Source: Octopus sinensis (lineage: Eukaryota). From it: DNA of 64,000 bases. The stretch is from contig NW_021832232.1 in assembly GCF_006345805.1 (NCBI RefSeq), positions 62,001 through 126,000 on the forward strand, written 5' to 3'. Every line of letters begins with the position of its first letter. Position 1 is the first letter of the stretch. Positions 50,831 through 63,059 of this stretch are shown here, one piece after another. Made by a program: the position numbers and the translations under genes. Below the pieces are notes generated by a model. It ran no database searches. It was not told the DNA's origin and saw only the letters and a program-made list of their open reading frames with translations.

Positions 50831-52327
50831 GTAAAATTTGGATCTTAACTTATTTTAAAAATAATTTGAGTTATTTTAATTTGAAAGTAAAAGGGTGTAG
50901 ATTAACGTTACTTTTGCAGTTGAAATCATTAAGAATGGACCCATACAAACTTCATAAAGAATATAAGCTCCCCTTTCTTATCATATACAATATCAGTTTG
51001 AATATTATCTTCCAAATAACTGAACTGTAATAATAAATTAGCACAAATATGATGAGTGATGAATATCTTGGAATTCTTGCCAGCGACTTCGGGTTTATAA
51101 AGCTTGAAAAAAATCTCATTCTTCCGGAGAATGAGAAAAGTTGGGGCAACACTTGATGAACTTATTTCTGCTGTTAAAAGTAGAATCATATTTATCAAAT
51201 CACATCTTTAGATTCCTATTTCCTTATTTTTGACTCGACCCAAACAAAAGTCAAAAAAATAATCTCCACAAGAGTCATCGAAGTAAACGGAATATTAACA
51301 GTATTGAAATGAGTACTGAAAAAGTGTTGTCGTGATATATGACAGTTACTTCAGGACCATTTGCTCACCCCCAATGGAATCACCAAGAGCTACTTGAGTG
51401 GATAGCAAATGTTCATCAGCATTTTTCGAAACATACATTAAGATTTCTTTTGATTTTCTTTTCAATTTTATTCCTTTCCAGCCTGTCTATTCTTTTATTT
51501 CACGAAATGATTTTCAATCATAAAACAGTACAAGAAAGTTGAAATCAAATCGCAAAAACGACTGTACCTGAAATACGAACCACGACCTTGTTAATAATTC
51601 TTAACTAGCAGTGTATTTTTGTTTTTGCCTATTGCGTGTTAATATATGCCTACTTGAATTAAATTTCTTTGGAAAATAAAACAAACCAATTATTAGCAAA
51701 TAATAACCATTGAAGGAATTGCAGTCCATTGTCAGTGACCTCGAACATCGTCTTTGGGGTAGAAAATCCTTGTTAAAAATAATTTCAAAATCAAAATATC
51801 AAAGATTCAAATGAATTTGATAAATATTAGGATTATATCCTCTTAAATGTTGTGACAATAAGGATGACAAATAAAATAACAGTGTTGAGAAATTTTAAAA
51901 TATAAAAATCAGATTATAGGAATAAACTCAAAAAATATCACATGATGAATTTTCAGGTAATTTAATCATTAAAAAAATTACATCACAGATTTTTACTTCT
52001 AAATCCATATAAATAAAAAATAAGAAGCGAATTAGACACAATCAGTTCCAATTTATATAAAAATATAATTTATAAAATTTATAAAAGATTTATAAAGGAT
52101 TATTCAAACTACTCCCAAAGATTGGTTCTTTTCGAGGATATCGTTCGCGATATTGCGTGGGAAGTGCCTGTCTTTCTTTTCGGCGACCAATAGTAAGTGT
52201 ATCCCGGTATGGTTATTCTAACCTGATTAGTCTCTTCTATTTATATTAAAATGCTATTACATAATCGTTGTTGCTTAATAGTTATTACACTTTTTATTAT
52301 TTCAAACAAAAAAATGTCTATTTAGAC

Positions 52328-52877
52328 CAGGGGTTCTCAATCTTTTTAGCTCAAGGGCCAAATCGATAATTAAGGTTAGCTTCGTCGGCCGCACAAAAAA
52401 TATTTTATATATTTTTATATTTTCCATTTTACTAAATATTGATTCGCATAAATATGTAGATTCATATATGCATTGTGTGTTATATTTTTGAATTTGTCTT
52501 GAGGAATTAATTCGTAAAAATTAATAATGACGCATTTTTGAACAATGCCGCCAGTTCTATATCATGTTGTAAATTAATGAGTTCTAGTTGAAACTTTGCA
52601 GGCGCATCCTTAATTTCCACGCTGAATGGAGTTGCGAATATTTTCATTAAAGGAAGGAATTCTTTAAAATTCTAAAAATTAAATTTATATAAATGTACCC
52701 CAAAACGTGCTTCAAATTGATTAATGAAATCACCAATTATGGATATGTTTAACCTTAAGAATGAATAATTAAATTTAAACATTATTAAAAAATTAATAAA
52801 GTTAGTTACTCTAGAGGGGCCGCAAAAAAATCCTGGGGGCCACATGCGGTCCCGGGGGGCGCATTTGAGAACCGCTG
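52328..52877 (-). mobile_element. hAT (Charlie/SPIN-like) deletion derivative with both TIRs
   Basis: CAGGGGTTCTCAA...TTGAGAACCGCTG. TSD ATTTAGAC / ATTTAGAA (7 of 8). The remnant encodes DAPAKFQLELINLQHD and STYLCES. Confidence 0.85.
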
Positions 52878-52992
52878 ATTTAGAAAAACCAAGCAGATTT
52901 GCCGTTTAATGGACACACCTAGTTACTACCACTGAGAGGTCTTAACTAAGCACTGAGGGGTCCAAATAATGAAATTAGTGATAAATCCAATG

Positions 52993-54100
52993 TTAATAGC
53001 TCAGAGCGCATATCATGACCACTCCCCGCATTATCCAGTAATCTGGCTTCTCCTAATTACTTAGATCTATCGAGAAAACAAAGTTGATGGATGTGGATAG
53101 AGTTCCTACACATTTCTCCACCACATGACTCACCAGCTCTCGTCAATGTCTTATAAACTGGATATACGTATAAGAAGTCGTCATAATTTTTATTTTCTGT
53201 AGGAATCAGCCAGATTAGAGACATTTCCACATACAGTTCCTTCGGTCTCGACTTCACCAAACGTCCCCCGTCTCATCAACTCCTCTCCATAAATAATCCC
53301 GTAATGTAACACCCGCTTGAAGGAGGACTGGATATATCCTCTACTTCCAACACCTACATGTGGTTCCGGTCATACTTTGAAGGAGAAACTTGTTTTATCG
53401 ATTGAAATCACGTGTTTTTTAACATAGTTTTGGAGAGTTTGCGGAAAGAAACCAGAAATTTAAAACAACTAAGCATATTGCCTTTATGAGACCTTGAGAA
53501 TTCCGCTGTTTATCCAATCGCCAATGAACCTCCTCTGGTCCACCAAGTCCGTCATCCAGGCAGAAAGTGGTTTGAGTGAGGGATATTCCTAAAAACTAAA
53601 AAACAGAGAATACATATTTTTCTCACATCAAACAGTGTTCATTGACTTTTCTTAAAGCACGGGGTACTTTGAGAATATTTTTACTATACTGAATTCTAGG
53701 GGGAGAATGGTGAGGATATCTCTGGCAAGTTTGTCCATAACCTCAATCATGAACTAATAAACAAATATTTTCAGAAGAGTTTTCTCCGCTGGATGAGCTT
53801 TGTGATTGTATTGTGATGAGGCGGTTGAGACTTCTAGCAGTTTCGTTTTGTGCGAAGATGATATCTGCATTCTCGTGCAGTCCGAATATCTCCTGACTAT
53901 CATTGATAGGCAGGTCTCTTATTTCAGTCAGATAGCCCTGCCAACTGAGATCAGTAACCTCACTCTGTGGTCTGTCAATGTGTGAAGTTGAAAAAATATT
54001 TCTGTTTTGGAAAAAGTGTATTCTTCTACATAGCACTGTCGTTGCTAAAGTCCGCCAGCAAGTAGGCGACTGTCCTTCTTTCTCAGTCGTCGGTGACAAA
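52993..54100 (-). pseudogene. Axonemal (DNAH1-like) dynein heavy chain C-terminal fragment, disrupted
   Basis: DLPINDSQEIFGLHENADIIFAQNET, YPSLKPLSAWMTDL, PKELYVEMSLIWLIP, VYKTLTRAG and YWIMRGVVMICAL. In-frame stops at 54083-54085 (TGA) and 53652-53654 (TAA), plus deletions. Confidence 0.85.
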
Positions 54101-54121
54101 ATACATTAGGATGAATTGACT

Positions 54122-55260
54122 TAATGGAATTCAGGGGAGCATTGCTAAATGACAATATCATATTATCAAAAGCTAAAATGATTGTGGAAATGGAGGCATT
54201 ATCTAGTTTTAGAGCAAGTGAGGTTGTTTTATTTTTCGTTTCATTTGAAGGCTGGTTAGAAAATTTTAAACAACAGAATGGTCTAAAATTTAGAAAATTG
54301 CAAGTGAAATTTCATCATTCAATGAACTCAATGAAAAATTTATTAATGATTTCTTTTTATGTTGAAAGATAAATTCTTAAAATACGGAATTGAAAATGTA
54401 TAAAACGCTGATGAAATGTATACAAATTCCTTCAAAAAGTGTATACAAAGCCAAAAAATGTTAACGGATCGGTTACGCGCTAATTCAGACGGATCCGGCA
54501 AAAAGTGTCACTAATGATCGGGAAATACCAAAACCCAGATGTTTCAAAGAAAATAATATTGAAAATTATCTCACATACACAAATTCAAATAGAGCCTGGA
54601 TGGATACAAAAGTTTTTAGTCAGTGGCTAATGAAATGAAAACTCAAATTAGATAAGAAAAATAAAACATTTTGTTAGTTATTGATCGTTGCCCGTCACAT
54701 AAAATAACATTAAGAGAGTTGAAGTTTTATTTTTACCCGCGGGATCAACTTTACTTTTGCAGCCACTAAACCAAGAAATCATTAAATGTTTTAAAAGCAC
54801 TTTTAACAACATAAAGTTCAATTACATCATTGACAAAATTGAAGCTGGCGTCGACTCTTTTAGTGCATATAAGTCTGTTATATTAATTGATTCAATATTT
54901 TTCATGGAAAAATGTAGAACCAAAATGTTGAATGTTTTAAGCATGCAAAATGGATTCCAAACTAAATAGATTGCCCAACTATAATTTCAAACAAAATAGA
55001 ACACTTGGATACTCTTATACAAAAATTACAAATAAACGACCCATTGCTGAAAAAGACGAATTAATAAAAATGTCTCAACATGATGCATCTGAAAATTTCG
55101 AAACAGTTCCTCGCGATAAGGTTATTAAGAAAATTTAATTGAGACCAACAAAAATGAAAATGTGGATATTGTAAACTCTTTCGGTCAGGAAACAAAAATA
55201 GCGGATTCGAGAGAGGTTATTGTATATTTATTGCGAGTCTCTTATTTGAAGACTGAGCCA
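54122..55260 (+). mobile_element. Tigger/pogo (CENP-B, DDE_1) transposase remnant
   Basis: GWLENFKQQNGLKFRKL, NSNRAWMDTKVF, VIDRCPSH, FLPAGST and LQPLNQEIIKCFK, with multiple stops. Confidence 0.8.
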
Positions 55261-55308
55261 GTAAGATAAAAAACAGATATTGGAATGCGCGTATGATAAA
55301 CAAAAGTG

Positions 55309-57982
55309 TCATTTTGTGAAATAAAAATTGTTAAAATCGAGTCGAAAACCAAGGAATTTGAGGTCATCGGTATCATTCGTCAAAAGCGAACACAAAAAAA
55401 ACTTAACTTTCTCCTACCAATGACCAGAAGGCAACGCAACCTTGAATGTAAGGGAATACACGTCAAATCTGGACTTATAATCCGCCACGTGAATGCTAAA
55501 CCTTCTCGCGTCAAAACCACATTCGCCCGTCTGCCCGAATAATAAAATCCCCAACCTTTTCACATCGGGAATACTCACCAAATGCCTCGGCAATAAGCAA
55601 GTTTAAATGGTGCTCAAACTGGACTACAATGTCGAATATACTTCTCAGTTCTCCCAACAACTCCTACAATCGGGACAACCAGGCACACCAGGGAAGAATC
55701 GTCAATGAAGGATCCAACCAGGATGGTCTTCAGAAACACATTATGAGCAGCTGCCAAGTCATTCAAGTCAACAACAGTCTCCAAACTCTGAAGAAAGGCA
55801 TCCCAAGCACATTCCAAGACCTGCGAATTAGTGATTCCAACCCACCTCAAAGTTAAGATAATACTGAATCTGTGCCACAAATTGAATCATACTGGAGAGA
55901 AGAGTGAAACACACGTGCAGAACAGGTCTCAACTCTAACCCATCCCTCATCACTAAATCAACCCACAAGTTTCCTCAAACGACGGGAATTGTGGATTAGA
56001 CTGAGCCAGGCTGCAGACAGAGTATACTCCAGTCGTTTGGACCTCCACAGAAAGTTAAAAGCACGCAAATACATCAGCATTGCGTCATGTCCTATCACCT
56101 ACACCTCAGCACACATCAATCAACAGTGTTCAGAGCCAGAGGGAGCTCATAGTTTAGGGTAAAGACATCCCAGCCGACCTCATCATTGGCCAGCTGAAGA
56201 AGTCGAACAGAAAGTCTCTCAATTACACAATCGGACTCATATTGGGCACTTGTACTCCTGATTGCTGAGTCGAGAATTGAATTGAGTGTGTGTCTTTGCT
56301 GGAGACTGGCAGACTTGCTCAGTTCAGGTCTAAACCTTACCAATCACAAAACAACTCCAGCAAATCCATCAAATGCCGAACAAAGTCCCCTTGTGAGAGC
56401 AGCAGGTATCGGCGGATCGCACTTATGTGTTCCACAAAGCGATGAATCCTCGAAAAGGCCTTCAAAACGTGGCTATTCGCCATTTTGTGTATTTTGAACA
56501 GTCGTAGTTCAAATTCCTCGTTGTCTGAGCACATAAAATAGCCTGATTGCAATAATATTGTGATTGTACCGTCTGAGAATAATTTGGAGGTGAGTTGAAT
56601 GAATTGTGAGGACTTGACCAACGTGGGGTCCTCGATGTAGCCCAGAAATGCGACACAACGACCAATCGACAAAATCTAGGCTAGTTCAGTCCACTTTACC
56701 ATTTCTGCTTGTTTAATGCTCAGAAAAGTCGGAATCATTGACTTGCGAATTATATATTTGCATGTCCAAATCTCGTGGTCCCCGACTCCGGGATTCAACG
56801 ACACAAAAAACTATAAAAGCAAAAGGAGAGCACAAACCTCTAAATAAGGGTCGTGAATGACACCAGATTGCACGAAAGTAAGAATGAAGCGCATCAGTGG
56901 TTCCAAAGTCAGTCTAAGCAATCTCTCCACCAACTCCCGAATGAAGGGATCACCACTACACGACCAATATTGGTAGATGTGGGATATCAGTTCTCCCCCC
57001 TTCTTGTCTAGTGGAGTCAGACACACTCCCCACCCAGACAACTCTCACTGATCATTCCCAGTGCTTTCAATGTCTTTTTCATATCGTAGAAGGACACCTC
57101 AATTCGAGTCAAACTCAGACTTTGTGTGACATTCTTTTGTGATATTTGTTGGTTTATATGTGAGGCCATGGTCGACACAAGTCCATAATAATCCACAAGC
57201 TCTTGTTTGAGGGAGTATTGGAATGCCTACTCAACTAAGCCAGTCAAATAACCTTCATAACTAAGTATGGAGTGCCTGATTCCTCTCGATTGCCCGACAT
57301 TGCCTCCACTTTGCCAAACAGCCAGCCAATTTCCCTCAGTCGGGAGGCCCGGTCTGCCAATGGCTGGGACAACTACACCTAATTTAACCCAAATTCCTTC
57401 TCTGCAGGGCTGTACCCCAAATCAATGTCCTGGATTAGGTTTAAGGCGTCGCTGATTACGAAATCTTGTTCCTGTCTGTACTTTTCGACCACTAAATGAT
57501 CATTTCCACACAACTGCTAGTTTTTGGAACAATTTGTCGTCCGACCGGGAGAATTCTGTTTCCCGAGACAGAATTTTGAGAGTTTTGGAGGAAAGTGTGT
57601 GTTTGTGGGAAGGGAGACCACATTTTTTGACAAAGTGGTAAATAAAGGCGACAAATCTTCCCGAATCATTCCTCGATTGGCGAATTCGTCTCAATAGTTC
57701 AAAGAGTCGAGTGATTTGGCGTCCTGGCCCATTTTGTTTCCTTAAAAGGTCAACAATTCTCATTTCGTCGACTCTTTCAAAATCAGAATTGCGATTTCTA
57801 TATATATAAAGGAATTTAATGAATTGTGACTGATATAATGTATGCTTACTGCATGAGATGGCCAAGGCTGAATTTTATAAGGCTCTGTTCTGATCCTAAA
57901 AGCGTTGTTAACTAAAATAAAGACCATCATGTTGTTTGACAATTTTTTTGCATAGGGATTTACAAAGTTGTTCAAATTCCAT
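55309..57982 (-). CDS. TUBGCP3: Gamma-tubulin complex component 3
   Basis: YWSCSGDPFIRELV, RRYLLLSQGDFVRHLMDLL, VGWDVFTLNY, QVLECAWDAF and FLGFRLDFNNFY*. Confidence 0.92.
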
Positions 57983-58174
57983 GTATTTTGACTTTTCGTT
58001 GAGTCAATTTCCTATTTGTTAATATATACTATGATATACACACAACAACAAAAACAGATCAATGCCGCCTCAGTTTAAAATAATTTATTAATTATACAAT
58101 AAAGATGATAATAAAATTTATTTTTTGATTTATTCATATTATTTTTCATTTTTACTAAAATTCTATAATTGTCT

Positions 58175-58188
58175 GTTTCTATAGACAC
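58175..58188. promoter_or_regulatory. X-box-like near-palindrome between divergent GCP3 and CEP44
   Basis: GTTTCTATAGACAC, 20 bp before the CEP44 ATG at 58208. Confidence 0.4.
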
Positions 58189-58207
58189 TAAGTCTACTGA
58201 ACTTGTA

Positions 58208-59048
58208 ATGTCGACAGGAGATTTGAAAAATGTCATTTTACAGCTCGAAAAAATGCTCAAACGAGTCCAATACCCATATGATCCCGACTACGAATCGTTA
58301 TTAGCATTGAATATATGTATAGCATTCTCATTGGAAACCCCAGCGCTTTTCTGAAAATATATAATTATGCTTTTTTGGAATACAGCAAGGATGTGTGGAA
58401 CGAGTTGCTGATGCGAGATTATGAATTGTCGGGAAAGTCGGATTTTCGTTTTATGGAAACAGTATACAAGGTTTTGACAAAAATACACAATATCACATAT
58501 TATTTCTAGAATGTCTATTTTTAAAAATTGTAGATTTTGATGCAAATGTTTGGCTACAAACCGTTAATAACACGGCAACAGTTTTTTTCAAAAATGTTTT
58601 CTGAACACAAAATAATTATGTGCTCGGAAATCCTCAGACTTGTCGACCAACTCGAGCAAAAACTCACTTTTGCAAAGTCAAAGTCAATCAACGACACTTT
58701 TAAAGTTAAAATTTGTATTTATCTGGTAGAAAAAATTATCCTCAGCACAAAAAATCAAAAAACTGTCCAAAAAAAGTTTCGATGTCATTCCTACCACTGG
58801 AAATGTGGAAATGAACAAATCAAATTGTGGCCGAGTAGACAAAAACCATATTCATGTTTAAGGTCGATGGAAATGAACTTGAATCTCGAATTTTGTGGCT
58901 GGAAAATCGTATCTCATCCATAAACACAAATCCATCAAAGTTGACTCTGGATCGTATCGAGGCCAGACTTTCAGTTCTCGAAAGTCGTGTCAAAATCCTG
59001 GAAGAAAGCAAAAATCTTGTAAAATCAACAATTCGTGACACTTGTTAG
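58208..59048 (+). CDS. CEP44: Centrosomal protein 44
   Basis: MSTGDLKNVILQLEKML..YP, KSDFRFMETVYK, FGYKPLITRQQFF..FSEHKIIM, and a C-terminal coiled coil LDRIEARLSVLESRV. Confidence 0.88.
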
Positions 59049-59536
59049 CCTTCGTCAAGTTCTATTGAAGATTTCTCCTGTAAAAACGCACCAAAAGTCC
59101 AACATGAATACGACTATGAAAGTCAGAATTTTATGGACGAAGAAATGGAGGTTGGACGTGAGGAAAACAATTCTGAGGTTGTGAGTAATACTGTTGAAAG
59201 ATACAAAAATATTGATAAATTGTACTTTTTGAAATATTTTCACATTTAGGTTGGATGCGATTGAAGCTGACATTGGTCGTCATTAGTTATTGGTTAATTA
59301 CCTGTTAAATTGTGACTTTATATGAAAGCTGATTAGTTTTCTGATGTTCTCAATCAGTTGACTCTTAAAACAAAATACTGCTATTCATTAGCTGACCGCA
59401 TTACACTAATAAAACTATTTTTCACTACAACACATCTAACAACCTTAACTCAATTTATCGCTGAGGATTAAACAATTTTAAACCTGTCAAAGAACTTACT
59501 AAAGTCTTTGATCGCACTTTGAGACATGTTTTGAGT

Positions 59537-59960
59537 CAGGGGTCTCAAATTCACTTCTTTCGAGGGTCCGCGGGACAGACTATTAATTTTGCGATTTAAC
59601 GGGATATTTGTTTCCTACTATGATTTGTGTAATATTCTGAAACTTTATTATTTGAAAGCATTTAACAGCAGATTGATTAATTTTTATAAATAAAATATGT
59701 TCCAGAAACTCGACATTTTTTTTTCTTGATAATAGCGTCAATGTCTGAGGTGAAATCCTGAGTCACCGTCAATATTAGAATCTCACTTAGATGAGTGTCG
59801 GTGAGTCTCAATCGAAATCTTTTTTTGTTATGTTCATTAAAGAAAAAAGTTTTCACATGTCCCTCCAAAAATTGACAAAATCTTCGCAGCTAAAACTGTA
59901 CAAAGACTCATATGGGAAAAAATATACATTAATACAAATCGTCATTGGAAATGATTAATT
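59537..59960 (-). mobile_element. hAT (SPIN/GTF2IRD2-like) 3' remnant with one TIR
   Basis: CAGGGGTCTCAAA at 59537. The minus strand reads NKKRFRLRLTDTHLSEIL..TSDIDAIIKKKKCRVS. Confidence 0.75.
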
Positions 59961-60009
59961 AGTTGTTAATTTTAATAAAATCTGTTTAGGTTTAAATAAT
60001 AAAGCGTGA

Positions 60010-60400
60010 AAGTATGCGGATAGTGAGACTAACTAAAGAAATTTTCAATATTTTACGAACTATCATAGAAAAAAATTCAGAAATTGAATTTCCAGGAAGC
60101 ACAAGTCGTTTAGAGAGGTTCTGAATGAAGAAACTATTTGAAACATTTATATTTGAAAATGGAGTTTTATTCTACAATAGAACAGGTCTAAAATTGCGCT
60201 TTCTTGCGAGGATGAACTGGAACTGAAGCTAAAATTTATTGAAGTAGAATTTATCCTAATGTAATTTAGGCGGAACATAATCTTAATCACCTTGGATGTG
60301 ACCGCTTATTCTCAAAGTGGGAAGATTAATTTATGGAGTCATGAGGGAAGAGATACAGCTTGTAATTTCTCGTTGTGCACCATGCAAAGTAAATTTGAAT
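60010..60400 (+). mobile_element. Integrase H2C2 zinc-binding remnant (Ginger/GIN/KRBA2-like)
   Basis: HNLNHLGCDRL..YGVMREEIQLVISRCAPCK, split across frames. Confidence 0.5.
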
Positions 60401-61278
60401 TTTCACAGTTAAAAAATTGTTAATCTAAAAAATTGTTATGCTCAAAGGCAACGATAACTCCGATAATTGCGAGTAGTCGAGACAGATACATTGCAATTAG
60501 ACCCGCGAAAAAGCATACCTGAATATAATAAATTCCGGAGAAAATGATACAACGAATAAGGTGGAGATTGTATGAGGATGCCATTGAAATTGGGCCCAAA
60601 ACTTTTAAGGTAAATATTTTTTAAAATTAATTTCAAGACAAAATAACGATACTAATATTCGAAAGCTTCTTTATTCGATGGAGTCGAAATAAGAAAATTC
60701 AGAGTTTTAGATAAATAAAACAATATATATAAGATCCATAGTGAAGATGGGGAAATAATCGAGGAAGTTCATCTTTGACACTTATCTTCTGAGTAATAAA
60801 ATTGAATGATATGAGTGATATTCCAACAACTCTGAAACGTTGGCTAACAACTTTTTATTGGGTAGCATAGGGCAAAGAGGTCAGGAGATACAAGTCTCGC
60901 TTTCGATACCTACTGAATGGAGTCTTGCAAGGCTGACTGCTATTGCCAGCTTCCTTTAACCTGCAGTAAAATTATTTTTTACCACTCTTATTTATTTTGA
61001 TCAAAAGGAAAATAGCATCTTAAAAAATAAACTTACATTGGAAATTGTATTTAATTTCCTAAATTTTCTTGGCGATTAAAATCCAAATTTGGTAATATTC
61101 CCATTTATTTATTAAAACGGCGAGAAAATATTTTTTAAAAACTTTCCTATTAGTTATATACAAATGACTGAAATAACTGATTTGGGGTATACTTAATTCT
61201 AAATTTATTATAAATATTTGTTAAATTAGTATTTAGAGTAACAAAGACAACTATTTTAATTATTTTAAATCATTTAGA

Positions 61279-62866
61279 CAATCTCATATACGAGAAATAG
61301 TGCTTGAACGTTCGAGCACAGGAATTTTTGGTTTTTCTTTTATCGGAGGAACTGACAAACACGCTGGAATTTTTGTGTCCTATATTGTTCCCGGGGGTTC
61401 CGCTGATACAAATGGACAAATTCAGAGTGGTGATAAAATAGTAAAAGTATGGAACATATTGAAATATGTATTTTTAGGTAAATGAGTACAATCTTACCAA
61501 TTTAATGCATTCCCAAGTCGCAAAAATCCTTAAAAATGTGTCTGAGCCAACAATTTTTTATGTGAGACATGAGCCCGAAGGTTCATTCGTTAAGTTAATT
61601 TTAGAATTTGAAGTCTTTCAAACACTAAAAAAATATGAGAATCCATGTTTAACTATAAAGACAACAGACAAATCCTCCACATATATGAAGGCAGAATTTT
61701 CATTCTCCTCTGAATCAGAACCAAGAATTCCAGGCGCTGGACTTTCATTTATTTGTGGAGATATTTTATTTGTGGTTAATGTGGGTGACGCCGACTGGTG
61801 GCAGGCAATTAAAATATCCCATTCTTCAAGGGAACAGGTATCAAATGCCGGATTAATTCCAAGTAAATCGAGGTTTTAAATTTTATTACTTTTTAGAGTC
61901 GAAAAAATATATTTAAACCGATTTAGAAAAGTTGATTTTCAATTTAATACTTTAAAAGGATACAATGTTAATTATTATTGTTTATTTTTAGAGCTTAGGA
62001 CGCGCTACTAATACAAATATGTTTCATTCTTTAAAATCAAAAGGATCAAAGACAAACAAAGAGTCGTCATTTGACACTTTTCTTGATTACGTCATACCCT
62101 CATACCACGCTACCGTACTCACTACATGTAAGAAACAATTTTATATTTATAGTCAATTACTCACGACCTGTTTATATAATGGGAGTTGAATATGAAAAAA
62201 TAACAAATGATTTGGGCAAAGAAAACCCTGAAAAGTACACAACAGCAGTTTTATGTAATATTTTTTGTTTTATAATTCTTTAGCCACAAGTCGTAATCCA
62301 AGACCAAATGAAATAGAAGGAAAATCATTTTATTTTTTATCAAAAAAGAAAATTTTGGAAATGTTTAGAGAAGGAGAATTCGTAGAGATCGGAGTATACA
62401 AAGACAACCTTTATGGAACCACCTTCAATGAAATCAGTTTGAGAACTACAAAACCGGTTTCTTATTCTAAAATAATATATTTTTTTGTAGGGAACGTATT
62501 GTTTACTTGATTTGAATCCGAGCTCAGTCTATCGTTTGATCTCTCTGGGAATTCATCCGATTGTTATTTTCGTAAAGCTGACATCACTCGAAAATACCAG
62601 GTTATAACAAAGTCTATCTAAAATTTAGTGCAATATATACAAATTGCAAAAGATCTAAGCATATTGAATTGTACGAAAAAATGAAAGGAATAGAAGAGAA
62701 ATCTTGTCGACTTTTTACGAGTTTAAAATTTTTTGTAATATTATTTATAGCTGTTGTGAGTGGATCTTGTTACTCGGAGATATTTGATAGAGTCAAAGAG
62801 ACTATTGACGTGATTGGTCATTCTAAGCAAGGATGGATTCCAGACGATTTCAGCATTTTTAATTGA
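61279..62866 (+). CDS. DLG-like MAGUK (PDZ-SH3-guanylate kinase)
   Basis: PDZ (GFSFIGG..GIFVSYIVPGGSAD..GDKIV), SH3 (GLSFICGDILFV..DWWQA..GLIPSK) and GK (TSRNPRPNEIEGKSFYF..LYGTT). The 5' end is unresolved. Confidence 0.85.
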
Positions 62867-63059
62867 TTCTTATTAAAATAATGTTAATTTTTAAAACCAA
62901 AAGAGTTTTTCGATGGTCATATCTAAATTTTCTCAACGATTTTTCGTGTTTCATTAAACAGAGATCAACAAACGATAAAATAAACCGTTAAGCGACAAGT
63001 CTCCTGTAGGCAAAGACACACCGAAGTAGTGAAGAGTATATATCTCCATTTATGCACAA

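Noticed and set aside
54083-54085. TGA at a conserved Trp position in dynein, suggesting a TGA=Trp code
   Set aside because: The same fragment also has TAA stops and deletions, and RFC1, SLD5 and GCP3 end in TGA at the expected positions. It is a pseudogene lesion.
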